Shown one piece after another: positions 8,636-18,965 of a stretch of 64,000 nt of DNA. Each line of letters begins with the position of its first letter. Positions within the stretch are counted from its first letter, which is position 1. Under the pieces are notes generated by a model. It saw only the letters and a list, made by a program, of their open reading frames with translations, was not told where the DNA came from and did no database searches. Origin of the DNA: a virus; IMG/VR virus record IMGVR_UViG_3300037961_004224, positions 32,001-96,000 of that record. One strand, 5' to 3'. A program made the translations under genes and the position numbers.

Positions 8636-9062
8636 AAAAAGAACTGAAAAAAGTAAATACCCATCACGTTACTCTCCTAACGGGTGGGTACATGCTGCTC
8701 AATATATCACAGAACTGATCTGTGAGAAGAAAGCACAAATTGATAAAAAAGAACTCCCACTAAAATTTTGGGAGCTAAAAGAGTGGCTAAAATTCTATAG
8801 ATATCAAATCACATTGGCCAACAAACTCATAAAAGAGTATGGAGAACATGTGATAATATCTGCTTTAAGAGACAAGAGAATGTGGAAGACATATTCTTTA
8901 AGAAGTCCTTTTTTAAAAAATGTAATCGAAGAGTATAAAAATAAACAGGAATTGGCTATGAAAATAGCTAAAGAAGTTGAATATGATTTCTCAGAGAAGA
9001 AAACATTTGAATCTAGTAACAAGAAAAAATCAATCATATCAAAACTTAGGGATTTAGAATGA
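8628..9062 (+). CDS. Hypothetical basic protein upstream of recA
   Basis: Coupled ORF; start MAKKRTEK preferred. Confidence 0.65.
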   Translation: MAKKRTEKSKYPSRYSPNGWVHAAQYITELICEKKAQIDKKELPLKFWELKEWLKFYRYQITLANKLIKEYGEHVIISALRDKRMWKTYSLRSPFLKNVIEEYKNKQELAMKIAKEVEYDFSEKKTFESSNKKKSIISKLRDLE

Positions 9063-10051
9063 GTGAAAAAGATATACTAAAAGAATATGGCCAAGTTTTA
9101 CTGGAAGCGTCTTACATTGTAGATAATCCACCTCCTGTAATATCTGTAACGCCAAAAATAGATATTGCTTTAGGTGGTGGCGTACCAGAGGGTTGCCTGT
9201 TTATTATGACAGGTCCAGAAAAAATCGGAAAAACGGTACATGCATTACAATTTTGTAAAAACGCTCAACAAGTAAAACTAGAAAACGACGAGAATAGAAA
9301 AGTATATTATGGAAACATTGAAGGAAGATTAAAGAAAAGAGATCTTGAAGGAATTAGGGGTCTTGATTTTTCTGAAGACATGCTGAAAATAGTGGGTTCT
9401 ACAAAAGGCAATATATTGTCTGGTGAAAAGTATCTGGCTATATTTGACAATATTATTCACAATGAACCACATGCTGTTTGTGTGATTGATTCATTCTCTG
9501 CATTAGCTGCTGAATCAGAACTTGTGGGCGATATTACAGACCACCAAGTAGCTGCTATGAACCGCTACCTTAGTAAATTTACAAGGCGTTTTGCAAACGT
9601 ACTTCCAATTAACAGGGTAACATTGGTTGGCATAACACACTTGATGGCAAACATTCAAAAGTTTGGAGCAGGAAAAAGTAAAATAGAAAAGTCTGGCAAC
9701 GCACTTAAATATGCACAAGATGTAAAGCTATGGGCTACTCATAAAGAACCTTTGAAACAGGGTGAAACTCAAATAGGACAAAAGGTTCACTGGATTGTGG
9801 AAAATTCTGCGATTGGTGCTCCGGGCCAAAAGGTTACGAGTATAATTAAATACGGTCATGGCATATGGAACGAATATGAACTAGCTGAATTAGCAAAAGA
9901 CTTTGGAATTGTAGAAGGAAAAACTTGGATGACATTACCAAATGGTGAAAAAGTTCAAGGCATGTCAAACTTTGCTACTTACTTAGAAGAAAATCAAACT
10001 TACTATGAAGAACTTAGGCAGCAAGTTTTTGAAATGATAGGCATGGTATGA
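9059..10051 (+). CDS. recA: RecA/UvsX-like recombinase
   Basis: IDIALGGGVPEG, Walker A GPEKIGKT, Walker B VIDSFSAL, SGNALKY..KLW, KNSA-like strand. Confidence 0.9.
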   Translation: MSEKDILKEYGQVLLEASYIVDNPPPVISVTPKIDIALGGGVPEGCLFIMTGPEKIGKTVHALQFCKNAQQVKLENDENRKVYYGNIEGRLKKRDLEGIRGLDFSEDMLKIVGSTKGNILSGEKYLAIFDNIIHNEPHAVCVIDSFSALAAESELVGDITDHQVAAMNRYLSKFTRRFANVLPINRVTLVGITHLMANIQKFGAGKSKIEKSGNALKYAQDVKLWATHKEPLKQGETQIGQKVHWIVENSAIGAPGQKVTSIIKYGHGIWNEYELAELAKDFGIVEGKTWMTLPNGEKVQGMSNFATYLEENQTYYEELRQQVFEMIGMV

Positions 10052-10458
10052 AAATAAAAGATTTGTATGGCAATATTTCTTCTTGGAAAATAAGTGGAGA
10101 TATAGTTACTGCCAAAGATAATCGTTCTAGATCTAAGCTTCATACTCAAGCCAGAAAGATTTTATATGAGCTATTTCCAACTATGCAAATTCTGGAAGAA
10201 GTTTCAATTAAACCAAGAGGCTCTAAAACTCAGTATCTAGATTTTTATATTAATCAAATTAAATTAGCAGTAGAAGTTCATGGCCAACAGCATTATAAAT
10301 TTAATACTATGTTTCATGCATCTGCACAAGACTTTTTGAATCAAAGAAAAAATGATGCTGATAAAAAAGACTGGTGTGATTTAAATAATATAACATATGT
10401 CGAGCTTGCTTACAATGAAAAGGCAGAGGAATGGAAAAAGAAAATTCAGGACCGCTAG
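10048..10458 (+). CDS. PD-(D/E)xK (Vsr/DUF559-like) endonuclease
   Basis: LDFYINQIKLAVEVHGQQHY. Confidence 0.8.
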   Translation: MKIKDLYGNISSWKISGDIVTAKDNRSRSKLHTQARKILYELFPTMQILEEVSIKPRGSKTQYLDFYINQIKLAVEVHGQQHYKFNTMFHASAQDFLNQRKNDADKKDWCDLNNITYVELAYNEKAEEWKKKIQDR

Positions 10459-10919
10459 ACCAAATGAAAATTTTGGACAGTGCTTTAGATGAATACGAGA
10501 GTAAGATTGGATTGCCGCTGTTTGCAGAAAATTCTACTGATGAAAGTGAAGTTCAAAAATACTTATCAATGTCTAGAGAACAAATGGAAAGATTAAGTCT
10601 TGAAGATTGTGCTCAAGCAGCAATTTTGCTTGGTTCTTTTTCTTTTCATATCCAAAGATGCCATAATAGAGAATCTGCTAGAGTTAAATGGGCTGACAAT
10701 AGATTAAAGGCTTTGGTGTCTGGCAAAGAACAACAATATAGAGGCTCTTGGGATAGTCAGTTTAATCAAGCTGTAAAGGATGATGATTTTGCAAGAGGAT
10801 TACTTAAACTTAAAAACTATGCACAACAACGTGCTGATAGACTAACATACTTATCAACATCTGTAAAAAATATTAGCGACTTGTTCGTTAATCTACAAAG
10901 AGCAAAGGTAATGAAATGA
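10431..10919 (+). CDS. Helical protein, possible recombination mediator (UvsY-like)
   Basis: All-alpha/coiled pattern, size and position next to RecA; function is inferred from context only. Confidence 0.4.
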   Translation: MEKENSGPLDQMKILDSALDEYESKIGLPLFAENSTDESEVQKYLSMSREQMERLSLEDCAQAAILLGSFSFHIQRCHNRESARVKWADNRLKALVSGKEQQYRGSWDSQFNQAVKDDDFARGLLKLKNYAQQRADRLTYLSTSVKNISDLFVNLQRAKVMK

Positions 10920-11443
10920 GTAAAAAAGCATTGATAAAAAAGCTATTAGAAAAGCTAAGTGAAGAAGATCTAGCTGAACTTTTAGGAGATGATGAAGAAA
11001 ATTCAGAAGAAGAAGTACAGCAAGAAAAAGAAGATGTAGTAGAAGAACCTTCTCATATTCATACAACACAAAATAATAATCCTAGCAGTAGGAATAAAAA
11101 TTTAGGTAAGAAGTCTGGAAAAAAATCTAAAAGAAGACATAGCTCAAAAGGTAAGGCTTGCAGAGTTTTACCTATGAATATTGATAATCAAAGACCAAAT
11201 AAATTTGAAGACATGATTTCTAAAGTGGGGCTAGATCCAAGCGAACAAAGAGAGCTTGCCTCTGCGTCACAAATGGATGAAAATGCTAGAACAAATAAGA
11301 CATCATTCAAAAAAACATCAAGAGGTTCTACGCTAGTTGATGTAGAGTGTTCTGTTTGTGGTCAAGAAGAAACAATTTCTGCATCTTTAGTGGCAGATTT
11401 TAATCGTTGGAAATGTAACTCTTGTTGTTGTCAGGCTGGTTAA
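10916..11443 (+). CDS. Hypothetical protein with acidic/basic low-complexity tracts and a C-terminal Zn ribbon
   Basis: CSVC...CNSC. Confidence 0.6.
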   Translation: MSKKALIKKLLEKLSEEDLAELLGDDEENSEEEVQQEKEDVVEEPSHIHTTQNNNPSSRNKNLGKKSGKKSKRRHSSKGKACRVLPMNIDNQRPNKFEDMISKVGLDPSEQRELASASQMDENARTNKTSFKKTSRGSTLVDVECSVCGQEETISASLVADFNRWKCNSCCCQAG

Positions 11444-11444
11444 A

Positions 11445-12905
11445 ATGATATTATCTGATCCCGCTTCCGAAAGAGCAGTGCTTGCTGGTATTTGCAGACA
11501 TGGCTCTGAAGCATATTTTGATGTTGCTGATATTGTAGATGCAAATACTTTTACTGTTGAGTCTAATTCTATAATCTTTGCTTGTGTAAAAAGAATATTT
11601 GATAAAGATGACTCAATAAAAATTGATGTCCCCTCAATACTATCTTCTGCAAAAGAGATAGGGCTGGCTGATTTTTTTAATAATAAAAATGAAATATCTC
11701 ATTTAAATGCTGTGATGAAATTTCCAGTATTGTTTGAAAATGTAAGGAGGTTCGCAGCTAAAGCTAGAAAGCTTCAAATAGCAAGGATGATGTATGACCA
11801 GCTAGAGGAAACCAAAGAAAAATATTTGGACATAAAGGGAGACGAGTCAGTATCTCATATATTGGGATTAGCTGAAGAATCAATATTTGATTTTACATCG
11901 CTTCTAAATGATCATGATGATGCACCAGAGTTATTGTTTGGAGATCTTGATGAATATTTAGAAGATAGGGCAGAAAATCAAGTTGATCAAATTGGTATTG
12001 CTACCGGATTTACTAAATATGATTTTGCAATCGGTGGTGGTTTAAGAAAAGGAACTGTGAATGTCATTGGGGCTAGAACCAAGGTTGGTAAAAGCTTGAT
12101 TGGTCTAAATATGGGGGCGGATATAGCCAATCGTGACGTTCCAGTTCTTTATCTTGACACTGAGATGACCAAAAAAGATCAGCAGAATCGTGGCGGCTCT
12201 ATGATATCCTATGGAACTAATGGAAAGTCAACGATCAATGATATTGAAACTGGAAAGTTTGCAGATAATGACTACAGGAAAAACTCATTGATGGAGCTTG
12301 CACAAAATAAAAAGAACATACCCTTCTATCATAAGAATATTGGAGGCAAAGCTTTTGAAGATCAACTATCAATCATGCGTAGATGGATAGCGAAAGTAGT
12401 TGGTTTAAATGACCAAGGAAAAGCCAACGATTGTGTTATTATATATGATTATGTAAAGCTTATGGAAGCATCTGAGTTAGCAAAAAGCGATCTTAAAGAG
12501 TTTCAGCTTCTAGGTTTCATGATGACTGCTCTACATAATTTTGCTTTAAGATATGAGGTTCCAGTTTTAGGTTTTATACAACTTAACAGAGATGGAATTA
12601 ATAAAGAATCCACAGATGCCGCAAGTGGTTCTGATAGAATCATGTGGTTGTGTTCAAACTTTACTATCTACAAACAAAAATCTGATGAGGAAATAGCAAA
12701 AGATGGTCCAGAAAATGGAAATCGCAAGTTAGTTCCAATCATTGCAAGGCATGGCGAAGGTCTTGAAGATGGTGACTATATTAATGTACTTATGAAGGGT
12801 GCATACGCTAAATTAATAGAGGGCATGACCGCTTATGAACTTGAGGATGGCGGTTCTTACACTGAGGATAATGATGAATACCAAGAAGAAGACGTGGCAT
12901 TCTAA
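11445..12905 (+). CDS. dnaB: Replicative DnaB-like helicase
   Basis: ERAVLAG N-terminus, GIATGF..D..GGGLRKG, GARTKVGKS Walker A, IYDYVKL, FIQLNR. Confidence 0.95.
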   Translation: MILSDPASERAVLAGICRHGSEAYFDVADIVDANTFTVESNSIIFACVKRIFDKDDSIKIDVPSILSSAKEIGLADFFNNKNEISHLNAVMKFPVLFENVRRFAAKARKLQIARMMYDQLEETKEKYLDIKGDESVSHILGLAEESIFDFTSLLNDHDDAPELLFGDLDEYLEDRAENQVDQIGIATGFTKYDFAIGGGLRKGTVNVIGARTKVGKSLIGLNMGADIANRDVPVLYLDTEMTKKDQQNRGGSMISYGTNGKSTINDIETGKFADNDYRKNSLMELAQNKKNIPFYHKNIGGKAFEDQLSIMRRWIAKVVGLNDQGKANDCVIIYDYVKLMEASELAKSDLKEFQLLGFMMTALHNFALRYEVPVLGFIQLNRDGINKESTDAASGSDRIMWLCSNFTIYKQKSDEEIAKDGPENGNRKLVPIIARHGEGLEDGDYINVLMKGAYAKLIEGMTAYELEDGGSYTEDNDEYQEEDVAF

Positions 12906-14025
12906 ATACAAGGATCAAGAAAAGCTAAATCAGCTTACTGAAATTGTTTTAGAAAATATAGAAGATATCTATGAATACTTTGATGTGCAATCACACAGAG
13001 GGCAAAAGGTATACTTTTCTGAATGCTTTATACACGGTGGAGATAACCGTTCTGCACTAAATTTATACTATGATGCAGACTATAGGGTGCATTATAAATG
13101 TAGAACTCATGGGTGTGAAGCACATTTTGGCACATCTTTATTAAGTATGATAAGGGGCGGTCTATCAAATATAAAATATGGATGGTCTGTTCCGGGAGAT
13201 AAAACTGTTAGCTTTGATGAAACAGTTGAATTTCTTCTTGATCGTTATAATCTAGACTTCAATGGCTTAAAAGGTCAAAAAATTGATGCCGGGAATCATG
13301 AGTTCAGTAAACTAGTCAACGGTCTTTCTGGCGATAAGGTACGTGGCGATATAACAAAAGATTTCTATAGAAGTAAGGTTGAAATACCTTCTCAATACTA
13401 TCTGCAAAGAGGGTACAGCATTGAGGTTTTAGACGATTATGACGTTGGAACCTGCAAAACATATGGTAAACCTATGTTCAATAGAGCAGTCGTTCCTGTA
13501 TACGATGAGGTTGGTGAAACAATAATTGGTTTTACAGGAAGAAGCATTTTTGAACAATGTCCTAAATGCAAATCTTACCATGATCCTAGTAAAGACTGTT
13601 TTTATTTTCCAAAATGGAGACATACAAAAGGCTTTCAAAAAGAAAAAGCATTGTATAATTATCATAGAGCAAAAGAACATATTATATCCACTGGAGTAAT
13701 TATATTAGTCGAATCTCCGGGAAACATTTGGCGACTAGAAGAATCAGGAATACATAATGCTGTTGGATTATTTGGAACGACACTTAATCCACCACAGAAG
13801 CAACTAATAGACGAGTCTGGTGCATTGACGGTAGTTATTATAATGGATAATGACGATCATGGTGCTGGTCAAAAGGCAGCAGAAGAAATAAAAAAACAAC
13901 TAGAGAGAACATATAGGGTTTATATAATCGACATCAAAAAGAACGATGTCGGAGAAATGAGCACTAATGAAGTAACAGATGATATATTACCTTGGATTAA
14001 TCAAGCAAAGGAAGCATATTTATGA
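12874..14025 (+). CDS. dnaG: DnaG-type primase (Zn-binding + TOPRIM)
   Basis: CFIH..C..C Zn domain, FTGRSI, LYNY, TOPRIM VESPG and MDND; start uncertain (12871 or 12874, after GAGG). Confidence 0.88.
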   Translation: MNTKKKTWHSKYKDQEKLNQLTEIVLENIEDIYEYFDVQSHRGQKVYFSECFIHGGDNRSALNLYYDADYRVHYKCRTHGCEAHFGTSLLSMIRGGLSNIKYGWSVPGDKTVSFDETVEFLLDRYNLDFNGLKGQKIDAGNHEFSKLVNGLSGDKVRGDITKDFYRSKVEIPSQYYLQRGYSIEVLDDYDVGTCKTYGKPMFNRAVVPVYDEVGETIIGFTGRSIFEQCPKCKSYHDPSKDCFYFPKWRHTKGFQKEKALYNYHRAKEHIISTGVIILVESPGNIWRLEESGIHNAVGLFGTTLNPPQKQLIDESGALTVVIIMDNDDHGAGQKAAEEIKKQLERTYRVYIIDIKKNDVGEMSTNEVTDDILPWINQAKEAYL

Positions 14026-14240
14026 TTGAAAAAGCAATGGCGTATCTTAAAAACAAAGCATTGTCAGATGTATCTCAGGCTGAAATGAGCTTTGACCTCC
14101 TGCTGCACAAGTCAGTTGGAATTGGAGATCATTCAACAGGCGACTTTACTAAAAATCTAGACGAGGCATTAGATCTTTTGGTCGATGCAAACGATAGACT
14201 AAAAATGGTTGAAAGACTTTCGGAGAAATATAGAGTATGA
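14022..14240 (+). CDS. Small conserved-type phage protein (VGIGDH motif)
   Basis: SVGIGDHS motif between two helices. Confidence 0.6.
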   Translation: MIEKAMAYLKNKALSDVSQAEMSFDLLLHKSVGIGDHSTGDFTKNLDEALDLLVDANDRLKMVERLSEKYRV

Positions 14241-15001
14241 CTCAAATAATTGGATTTGCAGGTAAAAAACAAAGCGGCAAAAATACATGCTGTAATTTTA
14301 TTACCATGCTAAAAATGATAGAAAAAAATGTTTGTGAAGCCGCAAGACTCAACGATAATGGCGAGATAGAAGTATCTGACATATTTGGCGAGCGTGTTAG
14401 TGGGCAAGAATATTTTACTTTTAAAAAACCTAAAGTAAATACAGATGTTGTAATTGAACAAATGAATTCTGTAAAGATATATGCATTAGCTGATCCACTC
14501 AAGCAGCTATGTATTGATTTTTTTGGACTTCCTGAAGCTAATGTCTATGGTACAGACAAAGATAAAAGTAAAATGACCGATATTAGATGGGAAAACATGC
14601 CATGTAAAGAACGATATTCAAATCAAAAGAAAAAGGGCAGAATGACTACTAGAGAAGTTTTGCAGCATCTTGGCACAGAAGTGTTTAGGATGATTGATAA
14701 AAACATCTGGGTCAATACATTATTGAGAAAGATAGATGAAGATAGACCTGAAATCGCCTTGATTTGTGACGTTAGATTTGATAATGAGATGAAATTATTG
14801 AAAGAAAATGGCGGCATTATACTTGGACTTAAAAGGGATAAATTCAAGTCTAAAGATAAACATGCGAGCGAACAAGTAAATCTTTCGCTATGTGATAAGG
14901 TAATTGACAATTCGAGCTTGACTATTGCAGAGCAAAACAAAGAAATATATTTTGCACTAAAAAAATTGAACTGCAAATATCTTACAGATTTAGGAGTTTA
15001 A
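14237..15001 (+). CDS. Deoxynucleoside monophosphate kinase
   Basis: IIGFAGKKQSGKNT P-loop, FADP-like LADPLK, REVLQHLGTE, DVRFDNE. Confidence 0.88.
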   Translation: MTQIIGFAGKKQSGKNTCCNFITMLKMIEKNVCEAARLNDNGEIEVSDIFGERVSGQEYFTFKKPKVNTDVVIEQMNSVKIYALADPLKQLCIDFFGLPEANVYGTDKDKSKMTDIRWENMPCKERYSNQKKKGRMTTREVLQHLGTEVFRMIDKNIWVNTLLRKIDEDRPEIALICDVRFDNEMKLLKENGGIILGLKRDKFKSKDKHASEQVNLSLCDKVIDNSSLTIAEQNKEIYFALKKLNCKYLTDLGV

Positions 15002-16090
15002 ATGGGTATTCCAATAGTATACTTTAGAAGTAGTTCTTTTAATTGCCACAGAACTTGTCCCATGCAATTTTATACAGAGTATGTGCTGGGACTTAGAGGG
15101 TTAGGTAATAAGAAAGCAGATAAAGGTACAATAACCCATAAAATACTTGAGATAACAGCACTTTGTAAAAAGGCATCCCAAGACGGTATTAAAGTTATTG
15201 ATGATGAAGATATTGGTGAAGTTTTTACCGATAACTATGACCCTGAATATTTAAATTCTATAGGTATCAGGGTTTATGAATACTACAAAAATATATTTAA
15301 TTACCACAAAGGGAAAAATGCTTGGAGAGATAGAGACTTTGAAGACTGCATGGGCTGGGCTTGGAAGGCTCTGAAATACAAAGATGGCATGTACGACCCA
15401 AGAAAAAGAAATGTTGTAGATGCAGAGCCACATTTTGATTTTGAAATACAAAAAGAATGGGCCAAATATGATTACCCAGAGTATGATTTAAAGGGCTACT
15501 TATCATTGAAGGGTACTATTGATTTAGTGGCAGATATTGGGGACGGTGTGTATGAAGTGATTGACTGGAAAACAGGACAAAGAAAAGACTGGGCTACAGG
15601 TAAAGAGTATAATCAAGGAAATTTATTTAATAATCCACAGCTTAGAATGTATCATTACGCATGTAAGAAGCTTTACCCTCAAGCTCACACGTTTCTAATG
15701 ACCATTTACTTTATAAATACTGGCGGTCCATTCACTGTACATTTCCAAGACTCTGACTTAGAGCAGACAGAAGAGATTTTGAAAAAAAGATTTGAAGAGA
15801 TAAGAAATACAGATCAGCCAAATATTCTACCAAGAATAAGACCTAAAGATAGTTGGAAATGCAGAACAATGTGTGATGCTGGAAAGACTACATTTCAAGG
15901 AACGAACATTGAGCCAATTAAAGAACATCGTCCCGGACAAAGAACAAAGTATGGGGAAGTCATGAGCAAATGCGAACAGGTCAGATACATGATAAAATTA
16001 AAAGGAATTGATTGGGTGACTAACAATTACATGTCACCGGGGCATACTATTGGAAGATACGGTTCTGGTGGGGGAAAGGTTCAGGATTGA
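15002..16090 (+). CDS. Cas4/RecB-like PD-(D/E)xK exonuclease
   Basis: CPMQF N-terminal Cys, GTIDL..IDWKTG, QLRMY, C-terminal CRTMC...C. Confidence 0.85.
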   Translation: MGIPIVYFRSSSFNCHRTCPMQFYTEYVLGLRGLGNKKADKGTITHKILEITALCKKASQDGIKVIDDEDIGEVFTDNYDPEYLNSIGIRVYEYYKNIFNYHKGKNAWRDRDFEDCMGWAWKALKYKDGMYDPRKRNVVDAEPHFDFEIQKEWAKYDYPEYDLKGYLSLKGTIDLVADIGDGVYEVIDWKTGQRKDWATGKEYNQGNLFNNPQLRMYHYACKKLYPQAHTFLMTIYFINTGGPFTVHFQDSDLEQTEEILKKRFEEIRNTDQPNILPRIRPKDSWKCRTMCDAGKTTFQGTNIEPIKEHRPGQRTKYGEVMSKCEQVRYMIKLKGIDWVTNNYMSPGHTIGRYGSGGGKVQD

Positions 16091-17979
16091 TGAGATATAC
16101 TCCGCTACACGTTCATTCAGAATACAGCCTTCTTGATGGCCTAAGCAAATGTGAAGATATAGCAAAAAGATTGGAAGTTATAGGTTCTAATGCTTGTGCA
16201 TTGACAGATCATGGTTCAGTTTCTGGTGCTGTTGACTTTTCTAAACAAGCCAAATCTAATGGTATGCGTCCTCTATTGGGGTGTGAGCTTTATGTTTGTC
16301 CTGATGGGCAGGCAACAAACAGAACTAAAGAAAATAGCAAACTAGTACATCAACCCGTTATAGCAAAAAACTTTAAAGGATGGAAAGATCTACTAAAGAT
16401 AGTTTCTTCATCAAACAAAAAAGAGCATTTTTATCATAAGCCCAGAATAGACATGGAAATTATGTCTGAGGTGGCAAGCAATAAAAATTTAATTTGTTTC
16501 AGTGGTCATCTAGGATCAGTGTTGTCAAATGCTATTTGTAATGGAGATGAGCTTGACCCAGATTGGATGAAAAAGGGAAAAGCTATGGCAGAAAGACTTA
16601 GGTCGATGTTTGGCAAGGAAAACTTTTTTATTGAAATACAACTAATAGATTCTAGAATAAATACATTTGCAGCAACTGTCTCCGGTGCATTAAGAGATAT
16701 TTCAAAGGCCACTAAGATACCCTGTGTAGCAACTCCAGACGCACATTACTGCTCTAGGGAAGATGCAGAGGATCAACGTGTACTCTTATGTACGTACTTT
16801 AAAAAGAATATATCTCAGATACAAAGAGAAATAAAACAAGGGACCGCAAATCAATCATTAATAACATTTTTTAAATCAGATAATTACCACATACCTTCAT
16901 ATGAAGATATGAAAGAATTTCATACAGATGAAGAACTACAAAACACAAATCTTATAGTTGATATGTGTGAAGATTATGATATTCTTAAATCACCAGAACC
17001 ACCTCAATTTGTTTGTCCAGATGGGATGTCTCCAGAAGAGTATCTCAGGAAACTTAACAGAGATGGCTGGAATAGAAAAATGCGTCATGTTGAAAAAAAT
17101 AGTGATGAGTTTATTGAATATGGTAAAAGGGTAAATAATGAGCTTGATGTCTTTACTTCTATTGGGCTTTCTAGCTATTTTCTTATTGTCGATGACATTC
17201 TTAATTTCGTTAGAAGCAAGGGATATATTACCGGCCCCGGAAGAGGTTCTGCTGCTGGTTGTATGGTTTCTAATCTACTGGGCATTACTCAGGTAGATCC
17301 AGTACCTTATAATCTTATCTTTGAAAGATTTTACAATGCAGGCAGAAATGCTCCCGGTAAAATATCTTGGCCTGATATTGACTTTGATATACCAAAAGCT
17401 GCTAGAGAAGAAACAATCGAATACATTAAAAGTAAATATGGAGAAGAGTGTGTTGCACAAATACAAACATTCCAAACACTAAAGGGAAAAGCTTCATTAA
17501 CAAGAGTAATGGGTGCTCGTGGCAATATCTCATTTGACGAACAAAAAGCTATTACAAAGTGCTTGCAAGATGAAGCAAAGGTATCTGATGAACTTAAAGA
17601 TATTGAAGAAGAATATGGATATTCATCTAGCATTTTATGGGCACTTGAAAATACACCCGATAAACTAAAACAGTGGTGTCATATAGGAAAAGAAGGAAAG
17701 CTAGAAGGAAGGCTTGCAAAAATATTTGAGCAAGCGATTAGGATTGAGCATACAAAAATTATTGCAGGCACACATGCTGCTGGTATTGTTATTTCGAGTA
17801 ACCCCATTAGTGATTCATGCCCTATGGTATTAGACAGTAAAGGGAAAAGTTATCGTGCTGGATTTGACGGCCCTAGCTGCGAAGATTCAGGGCTACTTAA
17901 ACTTGATTGTCTTGCAATTCGCGGATTAGATAAGGTAATGGATGTGGTTAATATAGTTGGTGGTGAAGACCTATGCTAA
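16090..17979 (+). CDS. dnaE: DNA polymerase III alpha (DnaE), N-terminal half: PHP + palm
   Basis: LHVHSEYSLLDG, TDHG, GPGRGSAAG, PDIDFD, THAAG, KLDCL (all three catalytic Asp), then stop. Confidence 0.95.
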   Translation: MRYTPLHVHSEYSLLDGLSKCEDIAKRLEVIGSNACALTDHGSVSGAVDFSKQAKSNGMRPLLGCELYVCPDGQATNRTKENSKLVHQPVIAKNFKGWKDLLKIVSSSNKKEHFYHKPRIDMEIMSEVASNKNLICFSGHLGSVLSNAICNGDELDPDWMKKGKAMAERLRSMFGKENFFIEIQLIDSRINTFAATVSGALRDISKATKIPCVATPDAHYCSREDAEDQRVLLCTYFKKNISQIQREIKQGTANQSLITFFKSDNYHIPSYEDMKEFHTDEELQNTNLIVDMCEDYDILKSPEPPQFVCPDGMSPEEYLRKLNRDGWNRKMRHVEKNSDEFIEYGKRVNNELDVFTSIGLSSYFLIVDDILNFVRSKGYITGPGRGSAAGCMVSNLLGITQVDPVPYNLIFERFYNAGRNAPGKISWPDIDFDIPKAAREETIEYIKSKYGEECVAQIQTFQTLKGKASLTRVMGARGNISFDEQKAITKCLQDEAKVSDELKDIEEEYGYSSSILWALENTPDKLKQWCHIGKEGKLEGRLAKIFEQAIRIEHTKIIAGTHAAGIVISSNPISDSCPMVLDSKGKSYRAGFDGPSCEDSGLLKLDCLAIRGLDKVMDVVNIVGGEDLC

Positions 17980-17998
17980 TAAACAAGGAGCAAATTAT

Positions 17999-18691
17999 AT
18001 GAAGAATAATCGTTGGATAATATGTTTTGATTTTGAAACTGATCTTCCAGATAAGGACTTGTGCAACCCTGTCCAATTGGCAGCGGTTCCAATTGACCCA
18101 GAAACATTAGAAGTTAAAAAAGATCAAGCTTTTAATGCTATGATAAAACCAGAAGGAATTGATAAACCAGAATACTTTGATGTTCCTAAAAGAGAGGCGA
18201 CTATAAATTGGCACGCACAAAACTATGGAATTACATACGAGGAAGTCATTGAAAAATGGAAAACTGGTGTTTCTGAAAAGGTTGCTTGGAAAAACTTTGC
18301 AACCTATTGCAAAAAATACACCGTAGACAAAAAACCCGGACAATGGTTTCCAGAACCAATACCTGCGGGGTATAATATCACTGGGTTCGATATTCCAATC
18401 GCTGAGAGGTTGTGCAAAAAGCATAAAATTAAAATGCCATTCTCATCAGTAACAAAATTAGATGCTATGGATAATTTATTCTGGTGGTTTGAAAATCTAG
18501 AAGAACCATATGATTTTAAAATGGATACTTGGAGAAAGTTCTTTGGAATTAAAATGAAAGGTGGAATAGCACATGACGCACTGACTGATGTTTTTGAAGA
18601 GTCTGCTATTGTTACTAGATTTATGAAGTTTCATAGAAAACAATCTTCTGTTGGTAAATTTAAAGGAAGCTTTGCGAATGTCTCGATATAG
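17999..18691 (+). CDS. DEDDh 3'-5' exonuclease (DnaQ-like)
   Basis: FDFETD, GYNITGFD, HDALTD; AAGGAG SD before ATG 17999. Confidence 0.88.
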   Translation: MKNNRWIICFDFETDLPDKDLCNPVQLAAVPIDPETLEVKKDQAFNAMIKPEGIDKPEYFDVPKREATINWHAQNYGITYEEVIEKWKTGVSEKVAWKNFATYCKKYTVDKKPGQWFPEPIPAGYNITGFDIPIAERLCKKHKIKMPFSSVTKLDAMDNLFWWFENLEEPYDFKMDTWRKFFGIKMKGGIAHDALTDVFEESAIVTRFMKFHRKQSSVGKFKGSFANVSI

Positions 18692-18965
18692 GTTAGCATT
18701 GGCAATTATTTTTGTTTTGCTTTGTATAGTAGACAATATATTTACATATGAAGTAACAAGATGGCCTTTATACCAAGAAATAGCACCGGTCGCAGTCCTC
18801 ATGCTTTCAATACCATACGGACTTTGGATTCAAAAGTTTTGTGTGTGTCTGGGTTTGTATTATTTTAGAGAGAAGATTAGTAATCAATTTTTGTGTGTTT
18901 TAAACGCAGCTATGCTGTTCATAGTTTGCAACAACGGCTACTTATATTGTAGGGTAATATTTTAA
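18678..18965 (+). CDS. Small multi-TM membrane protein (DUF5658-like)
   Basis: Three hydrophobic segments, LCIVDNIFT motif. Confidence 0.6.
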   Translation: MSRYRLALAIIFVLLCIVDNIFTYEVTRWPLYQEIAPVAVLMLSIPYGLWIQKFCVCLGLYYFREKISNQFLCVLNAAMLFIVCNNGYLYCRVIF

